Assembly (NCBI GenBank): GCA_964595485.1 | Contig: CAZQQN010000001.1 | Coordinates: 19,014-83,013 of the forward strand | Origin: an uncultured Sphingobacteriales bacterium | GTDB lineage: Bacteria; Bacteroidota; Bacteroidia; CAILMK01; CAYYUA01 | Reading direction: 5' to 3' | Length of the DNA: 64,000 bases | Shown here: positions 47,726 through 56,738 of the stretch, piece after piece | Layout: every line of letters begins with the position of its first letter | How positions within the stretch are numbered: position 1 is the first letter of the stretch | The notes under the pieces: model-generated | The model's database searches: none | Told to the model about the DNA's origin: nothing | Seen by the model: only the letters and a program-made list of their open reading frames with translations | Translations under genes and position numbers: made by a program

Positions 47726-48001
47726 TCAAATTTCTTCTTCACTTTGTGCTTTTTTCTCCATTTCAGAACCTGGTACCGGGTCAAAACCTGATCCACCCAG
47801 AGGATGGCAAGAGGCAATCCTTTTGATAATTAACCAAAGGCCTTTTAAAGGACCATGTATTTTTATAGCATCAAGGCTGTAATGGGAACAGGTTGGATAA
47901 TACCTGCAAGATGAGCCCAATAGCGGGGATAAAGTTAACCGGTAAAGTTGAATGAATCCCAGCAGGCATTTACTCAATATGGTCGTCAATATCTTTCTCA
48001 A
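47726..48001 (-). CDS. yidD: membrane protein insertion efficiency factor YidD
   Basis: 91 aa. [17 protein letters not shown]...[13 protein letters not shown] is diagnostic of YidD. Confidence 0.85.
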   Translation of the reverse strand: MRKILTTILSKCLLGFIQLYRLTLSPLLGSSCRYYPTCSHYSLDAIKIHGPLKGLWLIIKRIASCHPLGGSGFDPVPGSEMEKKAQSEEEI

Positions 48002-48386
48002 GCTTTTCCTGTAATATTGTAAATTTCCGAGTCATCAAATGATAGTCTAATTCACCTTTACCATTGTAAATTAACGCTAAAATAACTTGGCGGTTCCTTT
48101 TTTCAAGGAATTCATAAAATGCCGGTTTGTGATAACGGTAAATTTCCCGCATTTGTCGTTTTAAACGCGCTCTTTTTGATGCTTTTCGGGAAAATTTTCG
48201 GGATACAACGAACAAAACCTGTGCCGGGTAGGCTACACTTAACGAAGAAAACTTCCATGAAGCCATGAATGGATAGGATTTCACAAATCCATTATAAGAT
48301 TGCGGGTCAAATAGGTGAGCTATTTTTTGCTTTTGAGTGAGCCTTTCCCCTTTATTAAAACTGTTTTTATTGGTTTTCATGGCCAA
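47970..48386 (-). CDS. rnpA: ribonuclease P protein component
   Basis: 138 aa basic protein immediately upstream of yidD (overlapping) and downstream of rpmH, the conserved rpmH-rnpA-yidD arrangement. Confidence 0.7.
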   Translation of the reverse strand: MAMKTNKNSFNKGERLTQKQKIAHLFDPQSYNGFVKSYPFMASWKFSSLSVAYPAQVLFVVSRKFSRKASKRARLKRQMREIYRYHKPAFYEFLEKRNRQVILALIYNGKGELDYHLMTRKFTILQEKLEKDIDDHIE

Positions 48387-48532
48387 AAGGTGGTGATGTA
48401 GCGTAAAAAACCATCATGTGACCTTAGAACCTTAAAACGGAAGCTGTGACTTTTCTATGGTCTGAACCGCACTAACTTAACAGGGGGAACGTAAACTTAG
48501 TCAACCATAATGGTAGATGTTAGTGGTTACAT

Positions 48533-48691
48533 CTACATTTTAGGCCTTTTTTCATCAGAAACTGTAAGCTTTTTCCTGCCTCTCTTTCTCCTCCTGGCTA
48601 ACACTTTACGTCCATCTTTGGTAGCCATCCTTGCTCTAAAGCCATGTTTATTTCTTCTTTTCCTGTTAGAAGGTTGGAATGGTCGTTTCAT
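48533..48691 (-). CDS. rpmH: 50S ribosomal protein L34 (not in the ORF track, <60 aa)
   Basis: Minus-strand translation from ATG at 48691: [52 protein letters not shown], ending at the TAG whose complement is 48533-48535. Canonical bL34. Confidence 0.85.
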   Translation of the reverse strand: MKRPFQPSNRKRRNKHGFRARMATKDGRKVLARRRKRGRKKLTVSDEKRPKM

Positions 48692-48730
48692 ATTCGCTAA
48701 CTAATTTTCTGAGAGTTATTTGAAAGCTTG

Positions 48731-48738
48731 CAAAGTTA
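48731..48738 (-). promoter_or_regulatory. -7 element TAACTTTG (minus strand) upstream of rpmH
   Basis: Reverse complement of CAAAGTTA at 48731-48738, about 40 nt upstream of the rpmH start. Confidence 0.35.
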
Positions 48739-48872
48739 AGAAAAACTTATCGAAAATAATTTAAATGTTTTGTTCATGCACCACTTGGGTGTGTATTGAC
48801 TTTTTTTAGATAAAAAAAAAGGATTAAAATCTGACCATGGAAAGCCAATAATACCCTATAACCCAGGATTGA

Positions 48873-49496
48873 TTATTTAGTAAAAATAGCCTCATAAAGT
48901 TTGACCGGATATACCCTTATACCAATACTAACAATGCCTCCATTTAGGCCACCAGTTTTCAACAAATCAGGAATAAGTGTTTTGCGGTATCCTAACCCTC
49001 CTCCAACGCCAAGCCATGGGATTATTCGATATGCGCCGCTTATGTATGGGCCTACAAGCAGAACCGTTTGATTTCTAATGCGATCGGGATAATTCATTTC
49101 TCTTAGCGGTTCATAAAATCTTTGCCCTAAACCAAAATGAAATGTGGCAGTAGCCGTCCACTTTTTTGTTTTTAAAAATCGGTATTCCCCGAATAAACTG
49201 AAGTAACGGAATTCAATTCTGCTTCTGATGCTTGAATTATTGAAATTAACTTTCTCCTTAGGGTCGGAAAAAAGACGGTAATGACCGAAACCGGCCCTGT
49301 ATTTGTCAGCCCATTCCAAACCAAGTTTGATTCCAAACATTCTGACCGGCGTATTATTGATAGTAGAGTTTCTCGAATCCAGGGTAAAGAATGGAGTTGG
49401 ACTTTGGTTCGCTATGGCTGAATCAAGAGGCTGGCCGTTCAAGTTGCTGAACTGCAAGAAGGTTAAAATCAAACTGGTTAAAATATACTTTACCAT
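48873..49496 (-). CDS. hypothetical secreted protein, possibly a small outer-membrane beta-barrel
   Basis: 207 aa. Signal peptide ...NLNG|Q. Alternating amphipathic segments with aromatic C-terminal residues. Confidence 0.35.
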   Translation of the reverse strand: MVKYILTSLILTFLQFSNLNGQPLDSAIANQSPTPFFTLDSRNSTINNTPVRMFGIKLGLEWADKYRAGFGHYRLFSDPKEKVNFNNSSIRSRIEFRYFSLFGEYRFLKTKKWTATATFHFGLGQRFYEPLREMNYPDRIRNQTVLLVGPYISGAYRIIPWLGVGGGLGYRKTLIPDLLKTGGLNGGIVSIGIRVYPVKLYEAIFTK

Positions 49497-50500
49497 TACT
49501 GCTTTCTTCCTTTGTTAAGCAGCACCTCTGGGTTACTAATCCAGGCTATTAAGTCAGCTTTTTGGGCCTTCTCTTTTTTGTGATAAATCAAAAAAGGTTC
49601 ATCAAATATGATCTCATTCGGGTCATTAGGTTCCATGGGTTTGTTTAATGCACTGAATTCTGCATTCATAGTAAGACTGATCTTCTGAACACCCTTGTAT
49701 GTTTTCTGGCCTTCTTTCGCAATCGATGGTACCTTTTGTGTTAAATGAAAATCCAACAATGGTATAACGAAGTGATCATTGGCTTTCAGGGTCATCCCCT
49801 CTTTTCTTTTTATGGTTTGATTTATCGATTGAAAAGCTGAATAAAGAGACTTTTTTATATCCGGCTCGGCAAGTACTAATTTCCCAAAATCTTTTGACTG
49901 GATGGTTATGATAGGTTTATGGGCTGATCCATATCGTTTAATCGACTGTTGAGCCTGCTCATTTTTATTACCAAACCTGTGAACAGCCTTAACTGTATCA
50001 TTGCCAAAAACTAAACCGGGTTTATAATGTCTCAGTTGATTTTTAAAAATTACAAGGTGGTAAAAATGTGAGAAAAGGAAATGCTGACCCTTATTAAGAT
50101 CAAAATTGACTTTAAAGTTATCACTGAACCATCTGGTCTGAAGCTTTTGAATAGCATTGGATGTGGTATCTGAAAACATACCCTTGAGGAAAATACAATG
50201 CTTATTAGGCAAATTGGACTTTGGTAACCAATGCTTTTTATTATTGGGGGTATCCAGTGTAAAACCAGCCTCCTCTTTGGTAACTTTCCGGGTGGCTAAA
50301 TCTAAACAAGGTGAAAATAGCAAATTTTTTTCTCCTAATGAATCAGCTGTAGGATCACGGACTATTTGGCTACTTTTATAGTCAGTAATAAGGCCTATTA
50401 TAGGAAAGTTCCTAACGCGGTAGTTGGAATAATAATAAACCGAATAAAAAGCGAAGAATATAATTAAAATAGTGGCCAGGACATAAACTTGCTTTTTCAT
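49496..50500 (-). CDS. hypothetical membrane-anchored protein downstream of the gldE-like gene
   Basis: 334 aa. N-terminal TM helix. No recognised domain. Shares a 1-nt stop/start overlap with the next gene. Confidence 0.4.
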   Translation of the reverse strand: MKKQVYVLATILIIFFAFYSVYYYSNYRVRNFPIIGLITDYKSSQIVRDPTADSLGEKNLLFSPCLDLATRKVTKEEAGFTLDTPNNKKHWLPKSNLPNKHCIFLKGMFSDTTSNAIQKLQTRWFSDNFKVNFDLNKGQHFLFSHFYHLVIFKNQLRHYKPGLVFGNDTVKAVHRFGNKNEQAQQSIKRYGSAHKPIITIQSKDFGKLVLAEPDIKKSLYSAFQSINQTIKRKEGMTLKANDHFVIPLLDFHLTQKVPSIAKEGQKTYKGVQKISLTMNAEFSALNKPMEPNDPNEIIFDEPFLIYHKKEKAQKADLIAWISNPEVLLNKGRKQ

Positions 50501-50514
50501 GGGTTCAATCGGAT

Positions 50515-51882
50515 TTATTCTGCTTCATCCCTTTTTTCTTCCCTTTCTGATTCCAATAAGGTTACTTTTACCCTTCTTACGCGTTTGCGATCGGCAGATT
50601 CAACTTTAAATCGCAAACCTTTATAATCGATTATTTCCCGGGATTGGGGTATGCGACCGAAAAATTCTACCATCAGGCCTCCAATGCTTTCAACTTCTTG
50701 CTTATAAGGCTCAAAGATGTTTTCATCTATTTCAAGAATTTGCGTCAGATCGTGAAGTGGGGTTTTGCCATCAAACACATAATTGTCTTTATCTAGTTTA
50801 GAATAAAACAATTCATCAGCGTCAAATTCATCCTGGATTTCTCCAACAATCTCCTCAAGGATATCTTCCATGGTAATGATACCGGAAGACCCTCCGTACT
50901 CATCCACTACAATGGCCATATGAACTTTTTTAGCTTGGAATTCCCTTAAAAGGTTATCAATCTTTTTATTTTCTGGTACAAAGTAGGGCTTTCTCAGGAG
51001 GGATAGCCAATTGAAAGTGTCCGTTTCATGAATGTACGGTGCCAAGTCTTTGATGTATAGAATACCCCGTACATTGTCAAAAGTTTCTTCATAAACCGGA
51101 ATGCGAGAATAACGATGATAATTGATGTCTTCTATTAATTCAGAAAGGTTTGCTTCCGTACTGTAAGCAACCGTATCAACACGAAATGTCATAATCTGCT
51201 TTACAGTGATATTGCTGAAATTCACAATGCCTTGAAGCATCTTTTTGTCATTGACATTGGATTGCTCATTAGCGGTGATTTCAATGGCTTCTTTTAAGTC
51301 ATCCACTGAAACATCCGGTTTCCTGGAAGTTACTTTTTGCTCTAACGCCCCTAATGATTTAACTAAAAAAGTGGACAAGGGATATACCGCTTTACTTATG
51401 ATCTGCATGGGGAAAGCCATAAATGTTGCAAAACTTAAATTAGCTTGGTTAGCGTAAACTTTGGGTATGACTTCTCCCAGTAGAACAAGGATAAATGTTA
51501 TAGCTACAACATTGATCAAAAAGGCTAGAGCCGGATTATTGCTAAAATCAAAAACCTGGTTGGAAAGCATAGTAAACAAAATGATAATAGCAATATTGAT
51601 CAAGTTATTAACAATGAGGATGGCCCCCAATAGCCGCCTAGGGTCCTGCAGTAATTGAATTATAACCCTGTGGGAACGGCGTGAACTTTCCCTTATTGAA
51701 AAATATTGGCTACCCTTGATGGAAAAGAATGCTACTTCAGAACCGGAAACAAGCCCTGAGCCTATTATCAATAGTATCAGGATGCTAATGGGCAACATTA
51801 GATCAAATGACACATTAGTAATAGTATAGCCCTGTGAAAGGGCTTGAGCAAAAGCAATACTGCTGTCTAAATTTTCCAACAC
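50515..51882 (-). CDS. gldE: CNNM/CorC-family (DUF21-CBS-CorC_HlyC) membrane protein; gliding-motility-associated GldE-like
   Basis: 455 aa. N-terminal DUF21 TM region, CBS pair, C-terminal CorC/HlyC transporter-associated domain. Immediately downstream of ssb and mutY, as in flavobacterial gldE loci. Confidence 0.6.
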   Translation of the reverse strand: MLENLDSSIAFAQALSQGYTITNVSFDLMLPISILILLIIGSGLVSGSEVAFFSIKGSQYFSIRESSRRSHRVIIQLLQDPRRLLGAILIVNNLINIAIIILFTMLSNQVFDFSNNPALAFLINVVAITFILVLLGEVIPKVYANQANLSFATFMAFPMQIISKAVYPLSTFLVKSLGALEQKVTSRKPDVSVDDLKEAIEITANEQSNVNDKKMLQGIVNFSNITVKQIMTFRVDTVAYSTEANLSELIEDINYHRYSRIPVYEETFDNVRGILYIKDLAPYIHETDTFNWLSLLRKPYFVPENKKIDNLLREFQAKKVHMAIVVDEYGGSSGIITMEDILEEIVGEIQDEFDADELFYSKLDKDNYVFDGKTPLHDLTQILEIDENIFEPYKQEVESIGGLMVEFFGRIPQSREIIDYKGLRFKVESADRKRVRRVKVTLLESEREEKRDEAE

Positions 51883-51963
51883 TACCTGAGTTCCTTACCT
51901 AAACAAAGGTACACATGTGTAAGCAGTATTCCTAACCAAATAGCATGATAACAAGAAATAGTG

Positions 51964-52443
51964 CTAAAAGGGTAAATCATCGTCCACTTCATCAGCGCCT
52001 GGCTCAGTAGTTGATCCATCTCCTTGGCCGCCCTGTGCTTGTGCTTGCTGAGCTTTTTGCTGCTCTGCCCCACCATTTCCACCTGATGAGCTTCCATCAC
52101 CTTTTCCGCCAAGCATATTCATGCTATAGGTCATTACTTCAGTAGAGTAGCGGGTATTACCTTCTTTATCCTCATATTGGCGTGTTTGAAGTCGCCCTTC
52201 TACATAAACAAGCTTCCCTTTTGCCAGGTAATTTTCGGCAACCTCTGCTAATTTATTAAAAGCAACTACCCGGTGCCATTCTGTGTTTTCTTGGTTGTTG
52301 CCGTCTTTGTCGCGGTAAGTGGTACTTGTCGCGATACTCAAATTAGCAACAGGTACATTGTTGTTTGTGTAACGAATTTCCGGATCTGCGCCGAGGCGAC
52401 CGATCAACATTACTTTGTTCAATGAGCCTTTGTCAAGTGCCAT
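51964..52443 (-). CDS. ssb: single-stranded DNA-binding protein
   Basis: 159 aa. OB-fold start [26 protein letters not shown]. Gly/Gln-rich tail ending DDDLPF. Confidence 0.9.
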   Translation of the reverse strand: MALDKGSLNKVMLIGRLGADPEIRYTNNNVPVANLSIATSTTYRDKDGNNQENTEWHRVVAFNKLAEVAENYLAKGKLVYVEGRLQTRQYEDKEGNTRYSTEVMTYSMNMLGGKGDGSSSGGNGGAEQQKAQQAQAQGGQGDGSTTEPGADEVDDDLPF

Positions 52444-52473
52444 AATTTTAAATTTTTATTGGTTAAAAACATA

Positions 52474-53517
52474 TCATTTGTTTAAGAAGTCATTGTAAAA
52501 ATTTTGAATTAAACGCGGTAAAGCATAATTTTCAAGTTTTTCCCACTTTACGAATATAATATTTTCTTTATTTTTATCTATATTTATTGCCTTCAAATGA
52601 TAAAAATTGGCTATAATATCCTGATGTGTCAAAACGTGTTTGTACTGGCCAAGGTGGTAAAGCCCACTCTGGGGAACCCCAAACTTATCAGCTAATCCTT
52701 TCAGATCCCCTTCGCTACCATTTTGAGCCTCGTATAAAGGGAAGTCGTAAAGTTTTCTCCAGATATCGTTATCTCCTCTTTGTCTCAGTACAATGCCATT
52801 TTCATCACTCATTACTAAATAATAAAAGTATCGCGTTCGCCTCTTTAGTTTTTTTGCTTTAACCGGTAAGTTATTAACAAGGTTATTTTGAAAGGCGTAG
52901 CAATTTTCCTGTAAAGGGCAAATTGCACATTTAGGTTCGGCAGATTGACATTGTATAGCCCCGAAATCCATAAGCGCTTCATTAAAAGCTCCAGGATTTA
53001 AACGATCAAGTAAGGCCTCGGCTTTTTCTTTAAACACTTTTTTCCCTTTGGTTGAATTTACTGGTTCTCTAATGCCAAATACCCTGGATAAAACCCGATA
53101 CACATTACCATCAACCACTGCTTGTGGCTCATTAAAAGCCATCGAACTAATAGCAGATGCTGTATAGTCACCAATGCCTTTAAGCTTCTTCAATTCTTCG
53201 TAAGTTTCTGGAAATTTCCCGTTGTACTCAAATGCTATCACCTTAGCGGTATGATGTAAATTCCTGGCTCGGTTGTAATAACCCAAGCCCTGCCAAAGAT
53301 TCAAAACCTCATCCTCGCCTGCATTTGCCAATTGAAAAATGTCCGGAAAGCGTTCTAAAAAGCGTTGAAAGTAAGGAAGTCCTTGAGCCATGCGTGTTTG
53401 CTGAAGGATTATTTCTGAAAGCCAGATCAAATATGGGTCATGGGTATCTCGCCAGGGAAGTTTTCTTTTGTTTCTACTAAACCACTTTTTGAGGCTTATT
53501 TGGATTTTCTCCTCCAT
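52474..53517 (-). CDS. mutY: A/G-specific adenine DNA glycosylase
   Basis: 347 aa. HhH-GPD domain. 4Fe-4S cysteines (CQSAEPKCAICPLQENC). C-terminal NUDIX-like domain. Confidence 0.85.
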   Translation of the reverse strand: MEEKIQISLKKWFSRNKRKLPWRDTHDPYLIWLSEIILQQTRMAQGLPYFQRFLERFPDIFQLANAGEDEVLNLWQGLGYYNRARNLHHTAKVIAFEYNGKFPETYEELKKLKGIGDYTASAISSMAFNEPQAVVDGNVYRVLSRVFGIREPVNSTKGKKVFKEKAEALLDRLNPGAFNEALMDFGAIQCQSAEPKCAICPLQENCYAFQNNLVNNLPVKAKKLKRRTRYFYYLVMSDENGIVLRQRGDNDIWRKLYDFPLYEAQNGSEGDLKGLADKFGVPQSGLYHLGQYKHVLTHQDIIANFYHLKAINIDKNKENIIFVKWEKLENYALPRLIQNFYNDFLNK

Positions 53518-53655
53518 AGCGCGAAGTTAAATGGTTTTAGCAATTGATGGTAACAAAAATTGTTAAGGACATACTGTTTAAAATATTTTACTTAAGTTGT
53601 CCAGAATCAGTAAGTTAATGTATCAATTTCAATTTTTTGTTTTCACCCAAAAGGT

Positions 53656-53663
53656 TATATTTG
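53656..53663 (+). promoter_or_regulatory. -7 element TATATTTG upstream of HU gene
   Basis: TAnnTTTG match 47 nt upstream of 53711. Confidence 0.35.
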
Positions 53664-53710
53664 CACTCGCTTTAGTAGAAATAATTGTTGAATCAAAAAA
53701 TACATAAGCC

Positions 53711-54001
53711 TTGACAAAAGCAGATGTAGTTTCCGAAATTGCTTCCCAAACCGGACTAGAAAAGGTTGACGTTCAAGAAGTTCTTGAAAGCTTCTTTAAG
53801 GTCGTTAAAGAGAACATGAGTGAGGGTAACAATATTTATTTCAGAGGTTTCGGTAGTTTCATCGTTAAAAAACGAGCGAGAAAAGTAGCAAGGAACATTG
53901 CTAAAAACACCTCTATGGTGATTCCTCCTCATTATGTACCTTCTTTTAAACCATCAAAAACGTTTTCAGAAAGGGTAAAGAATAACGTTAAAACTTCCTG
54001 A
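53711..54001 (+). CDS. HU-family DNA-binding protein
   Basis: 96 aa. MTKADVVSEIASQTGLEKVDVQEVLESF...FRGFGSF beta-arm region typical of HU/IHF. Confidence 0.85.
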   Translation: MTKADVVSEIASQTGLEKVDVQEVLESFFKVVKENMSEGNNIYFRGFGSFIVKKRARKVARNIAKNTSMVIPPHYVPSFKPSKTFSERVKNNVKTS

Positions 54002-54026
54002 TCCTTTGATAACCAAAAGTAAATAA

Positions 54027-54902
54027 ATGCGGACGACCACTAAAATACAAGCGATACTTATTGTGCTCATAGTGGGTTTAACCGCATTTATTTTCCTAAA
54101 AGGTAAAGATAAATCAGAGGCTTTAACGAAAAAAGAACGTTCTGTTGCTAAGGACTCGGGGCGAAAATCGATGCCAGCTCAAAACAACGTTTCTGCGGAT
54201 TTTGATATTCGGGATTACCGGATCGAAACCATAGCCAGCCTACCTGATTCTGCTTCAGATAAGGTTAAAGAATTGAGGGCTCAATTAAAAGATAAGGGAG
54301 GAAAAGATACTTCGATTTTAACGCGTCTTACCCATTTTTGGGCTCATCAAGATAAGCCTTTGATAGCAGCTTCTTATCAAAAGAAAAAATCAAAAATAAA
54401 TCCTGATACTCAGGTATTAAACCGAGCAGCCGAGAATTATCAAAAAGCAGGTAAAAACAGTAAAGATACTGCTCTAAAACAGTATGCAAGTAACCAAGCT
54501 ATTCAAGCCTATAAAAAAATCCTTGAAAAAGATCCGAGTCGCTTAGATGCTAAAACAAACCTTGCGATTGGTTATATAGAGGGCCTTGGTCAAGTTATGA
54601 AAGGCGTTCGCCTTTTGAAGGAAGTCATAGAGGTTAACCCTGAACAAAAACAAGCCCTTTTTACACTGGGTGTTTTGTCTATTCGTTCTGGCCAATTAGA
54701 TAAAGCCTTGGAACGTTTTCAGAAACTGGTACGTATAAACCCTGAAAATGCTTTTTACCATTTTTACCTGGGCACTGTACACGAGCGTTCAGGAAATACA
54801 CAGAAAGCCATCAAAGCCTTCAAAGCTTATCAGGATAAGGTGGGACAAAAGAAATTAAAAAAACAAGCTAAAGCTAAAATTGAAAAGTTAGAGACTCAAT
54901 AA
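54027..54902 (+). CDS. tetratricopeptide-repeat protein with N-terminal membrane anchor
   Basis: 291 aa. TM segment AILIVLIVGLTAFIFL. C-terminal TPR units. Confidence 0.65.
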   Translation: MRTTTKIQAILIVLIVGLTAFIFLKGKDKSEALTKKERSVAKDSGRKSMPAQNNVSADFDIRDYRIETIASLPDSASDKVKELRAQLKDKGGKDTSILTRLTHFWAHQDKPLIAASYQKKKSKINPDTQVLNRAAENYQKAGKNSKDTALKQYASNQAIQAYKKILEKDPSRLDAKTNLAIGYIEGLGQVMKGVRLLKEVIEVNPEQKQALFTLGVLSIRSGQLDKALERFQKLVRINPENAFYHFYLGTVHERSGNTQKAIKAFKAYQDKVGQKKLKKQAKAKIEKLETQ

Positions 54903-54915
54903 AAAAATTACAATT

Positions 54916-55008
54916 ATGCCAAGTGGTAAAAAAAGAAAAAAACAAAAGATTAGTACCCATAAAAGGAAGAAACGTTTAAGGCAAAATCGCCACAAAAAGC
55001 GTAAGTAG
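54916..55008 (+). CDS. small highly basic protein, candidate ribosomal protein bS22 (not in the ORF track, 30 aa)
   Basis: ATG 54916 to TAG 55006-55008 encodes MPSGKKRKKQKISTHKRKKRLRQNRHKKRK. Composition and K/R spacing resemble actinobacterial bS22 ([33 protein letters not shown]). Followed by a strong hairpin terminator. Confidence 0.55.
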   Translation: MPSGKKRKKQKISTHKRKKRLRQNRHKKRK

Positions 55009-55055
55009 TAGTTAATTAACTACGCTTCTCCAATTCCTTGACCCTATAGAATCAC

Positions 55056-55092
55056 TTTCCTGATTGCTGAATCAGGAAACGTGTATTTTTTA
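55056..55092 (+). terminator. rho-independent terminator-like hairpin after the bS22-like ORF
   Basis: Perfect 10-bp stem TTTCCTGATT/AATCAGGAAA (55056-55065 / 55070-55079) with loop GCTG, then a T-run at 55086-55092. Confidence 0.5.
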
Positions 55093-55170
55093 GCAAAAGG
55101 TCTGTCCTCCGGAATTGGTTTCCCCTTAACCTTTTTTCTAATTAGCATACCTAAAAGCGGGAGGTGGCGT

Positions 55171-56721
55171 TTGAACCGGGAGTTAATAATCCAGTCAGAC
55201 TCTAATGGGTCCCAGATAGCCCTTCTGGAAGATCAGAGACTTACAGAATTTCATGAAGAACAGCTAAGTGATGACTTCCTGGTTGGCGACATGTATCTTG
55301 GCCGGGTAAAGAAAGTATTACCAGGGTTGAACGCAGCTTTTGTGGATGTTGGCCATGAAAAGGATGCTTTTTTGCATTACCTGGATCTTGGGCCTAATTT
55401 TCCAACCTTAATCGACTATGTGGATAAGGCTTATCGCAAAAAACTAAATACAAGTAGCCTTAAGCGTTTTAATTTCAAACCAGAGCTGGATAAGAGTGGA
55501 AAGATCACAGATATTCTTCAGCCTGATCAACCTATCGTTGCCCAGCTCATGAAGGAGCCCATATCCTCCAAAGGGCCAAGGCTTAGCTGTGAGTTGACCA
55601 TAGCAGGTAGGTTAGTTATTTTAATGCCTTTCAAGGATAACATTTCCATATCCAAGCAAATCAAAAACAAAAGTGAAAGAGACCGGCTTAAAAAGGTTAT
55701 CTCAGGCATTAAGCCTAAAAATTTTGGGGTTATTGTTCGAACCGTTGCGAGTGAGCACACTGTAGAAGACCTTGAAGAAGATCTGAATGACTTGGTTAAT
55801 AAATGGGACCAAGTATTTAAGAACCTGAAAGCTCATAAACAAAAGCTTTATGGAGAAGCAGACAGGGCTTCTACTATTTTACGCGATTTGCTCAATGAGT
55901 CCTTCAATAAAATTATGGTTGATGATAAAAGTATCTATCAGCAACTTAAAAATTATATCAACCAAATAGCTCCCAAACAGGCTAACATACTCAAAAATTA
56001 CACCGGTAAAGAAGGGCTATTCAAGCACCTGAATATTGAAAAACAGATCAAATCATTATTTGGCAAAACAGTAAATGTAGGCGGTGGTGCTTACCTTGTT
56101 ATTGAGCACACGGAGGCTATGCACGTGATTGATGTCAATAGTGGTAGTAAGCGTACCAAAAACCTGACGCAGGAAGAAAATGCTGTCAAAACCAATATCG
56201 AAGCCGCGGAAGAAATAGCCCGTCAACTACGTTTACGCGATATGGGAGGCATCATTGTGCTTGATTTTATTGATATGCGGAATTCCGAAAACCGCAAAAA
56301 AGTCAATGATTACATGCGGGAGCAGTTGAAAAACGACCGGGCTAAGCATTCAATCCTGCCCATTTCTAAGTTTGGTATAATGCAGATCACGAGGCAGCGG
56401 GTAAGGCCAGAGGTGACCATATCAACTGCTGAAGAGTGCCCGGTTTGCCATGGTAGCGGGGAAATTAATCCCACCATTTTATTAGTCGATGAAATTGAGC
56501 GGGAGATGGCTTATTTTTCACGGGAAGAAGGTTATCGGTATATTGATATTGAATTACACCCATACCTTTCGGCCTACCTTACAAAAGGCTTAATATCCAG
56601 GCGTCTTCAATGGGTGTTTAAATTTAAAACCTGGTTTAAGATTACTTCCGCTGATAATTTTTACCTTAGTCAGTATAAGATTAAAACCCGCGAGGGTAAA
56701 ACCCTTAGTTTTCATCAATAA
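55171..56721 (+). CDS. rng: ribonuclease G (RNase E/G family)
   Basis: S1 domain (DMYLGRVKKVLPGLNAAFVD). Catalytic DNase-I-like region (HVIDVNSG...DMGGIIVLDFIDM). Zn-link CPVCHGSG. Probable TTG start at 55171 (LNRELIIQSDSNGSQIALLEDQRL matches RNase G N-termini). The ORF-track ATG at 55081 adds a non-homologous 30 aa. Confidence 0.8.
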   Translation: MNRELIIQSDSNGSQIALLEDQRLTEFHEEQLSDDFLVGDMYLGRVKKVLPGLNAAFVDVGHEKDAFLHYLDLGPNFPTLIDYVDKAYRKKLNTSSLKRFNFKPELDKSGKITDILQPDQPIVAQLMKEPISSKGPRLSCELTIAGRLVILMPFKDNISISKQIKNKSERDRLKKVISGIKPKNFGVIVRTVASEHTVEDLEEDLNDLVNKWDQVFKNLKAHKQKLYGEADRASTILRDLLNESFNKIMVDDKSIYQQLKNYINQIAPKQANILKNYTGKEGLFKHLNIEKQIKSLFGKTVNVGGGAYLVIEHTEAMHVIDVNSGSKRTKNLTQEENAVKTNIEAAEEIARQLRLRDMGGIIVLDFIDMRNSENRKKVNDYMREQLKNDRAKHSILPISKFGIMQITRQRVRPEVTISTAEECPVCHGSGEINPTILLVDEIEREMAYFSREEGYRYIDIELHPYLSAYLTKGLISRRLQWVFKFKTWFKITSADNFYLSQYKIKTREGKTLSFHQ

Positions 56722-56738
56722 GCGAAAAGTTTGGTCTT

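Noticed and set aside
48510-48704. Plus-strand 64-aa ORF from the six-frame track
   Set aside because: It is antisense to a canonical rpmH (L34) gene on the minus strand. The product is a low-complexity hydrophobic peptide.
49496-50500. Assignment of the gene downstream of gldE as gldD
   Set aside because: GldD is a ~190-aa lipoprotein. This product is 334 aa, has an uncleaved TM helix and no lipobox Cys, so only the position matches.
55081-55170. ATG start for RNase G at 55081
   Set aside because: Homology to RNase G N-termini begins at the TTG at 55171. The extra 30 aa (MYFLAKGLSSGIGFPLTFFLISIPKSGRWR) are hydrophobic and unrelated, and they overlap the terminator hairpin.
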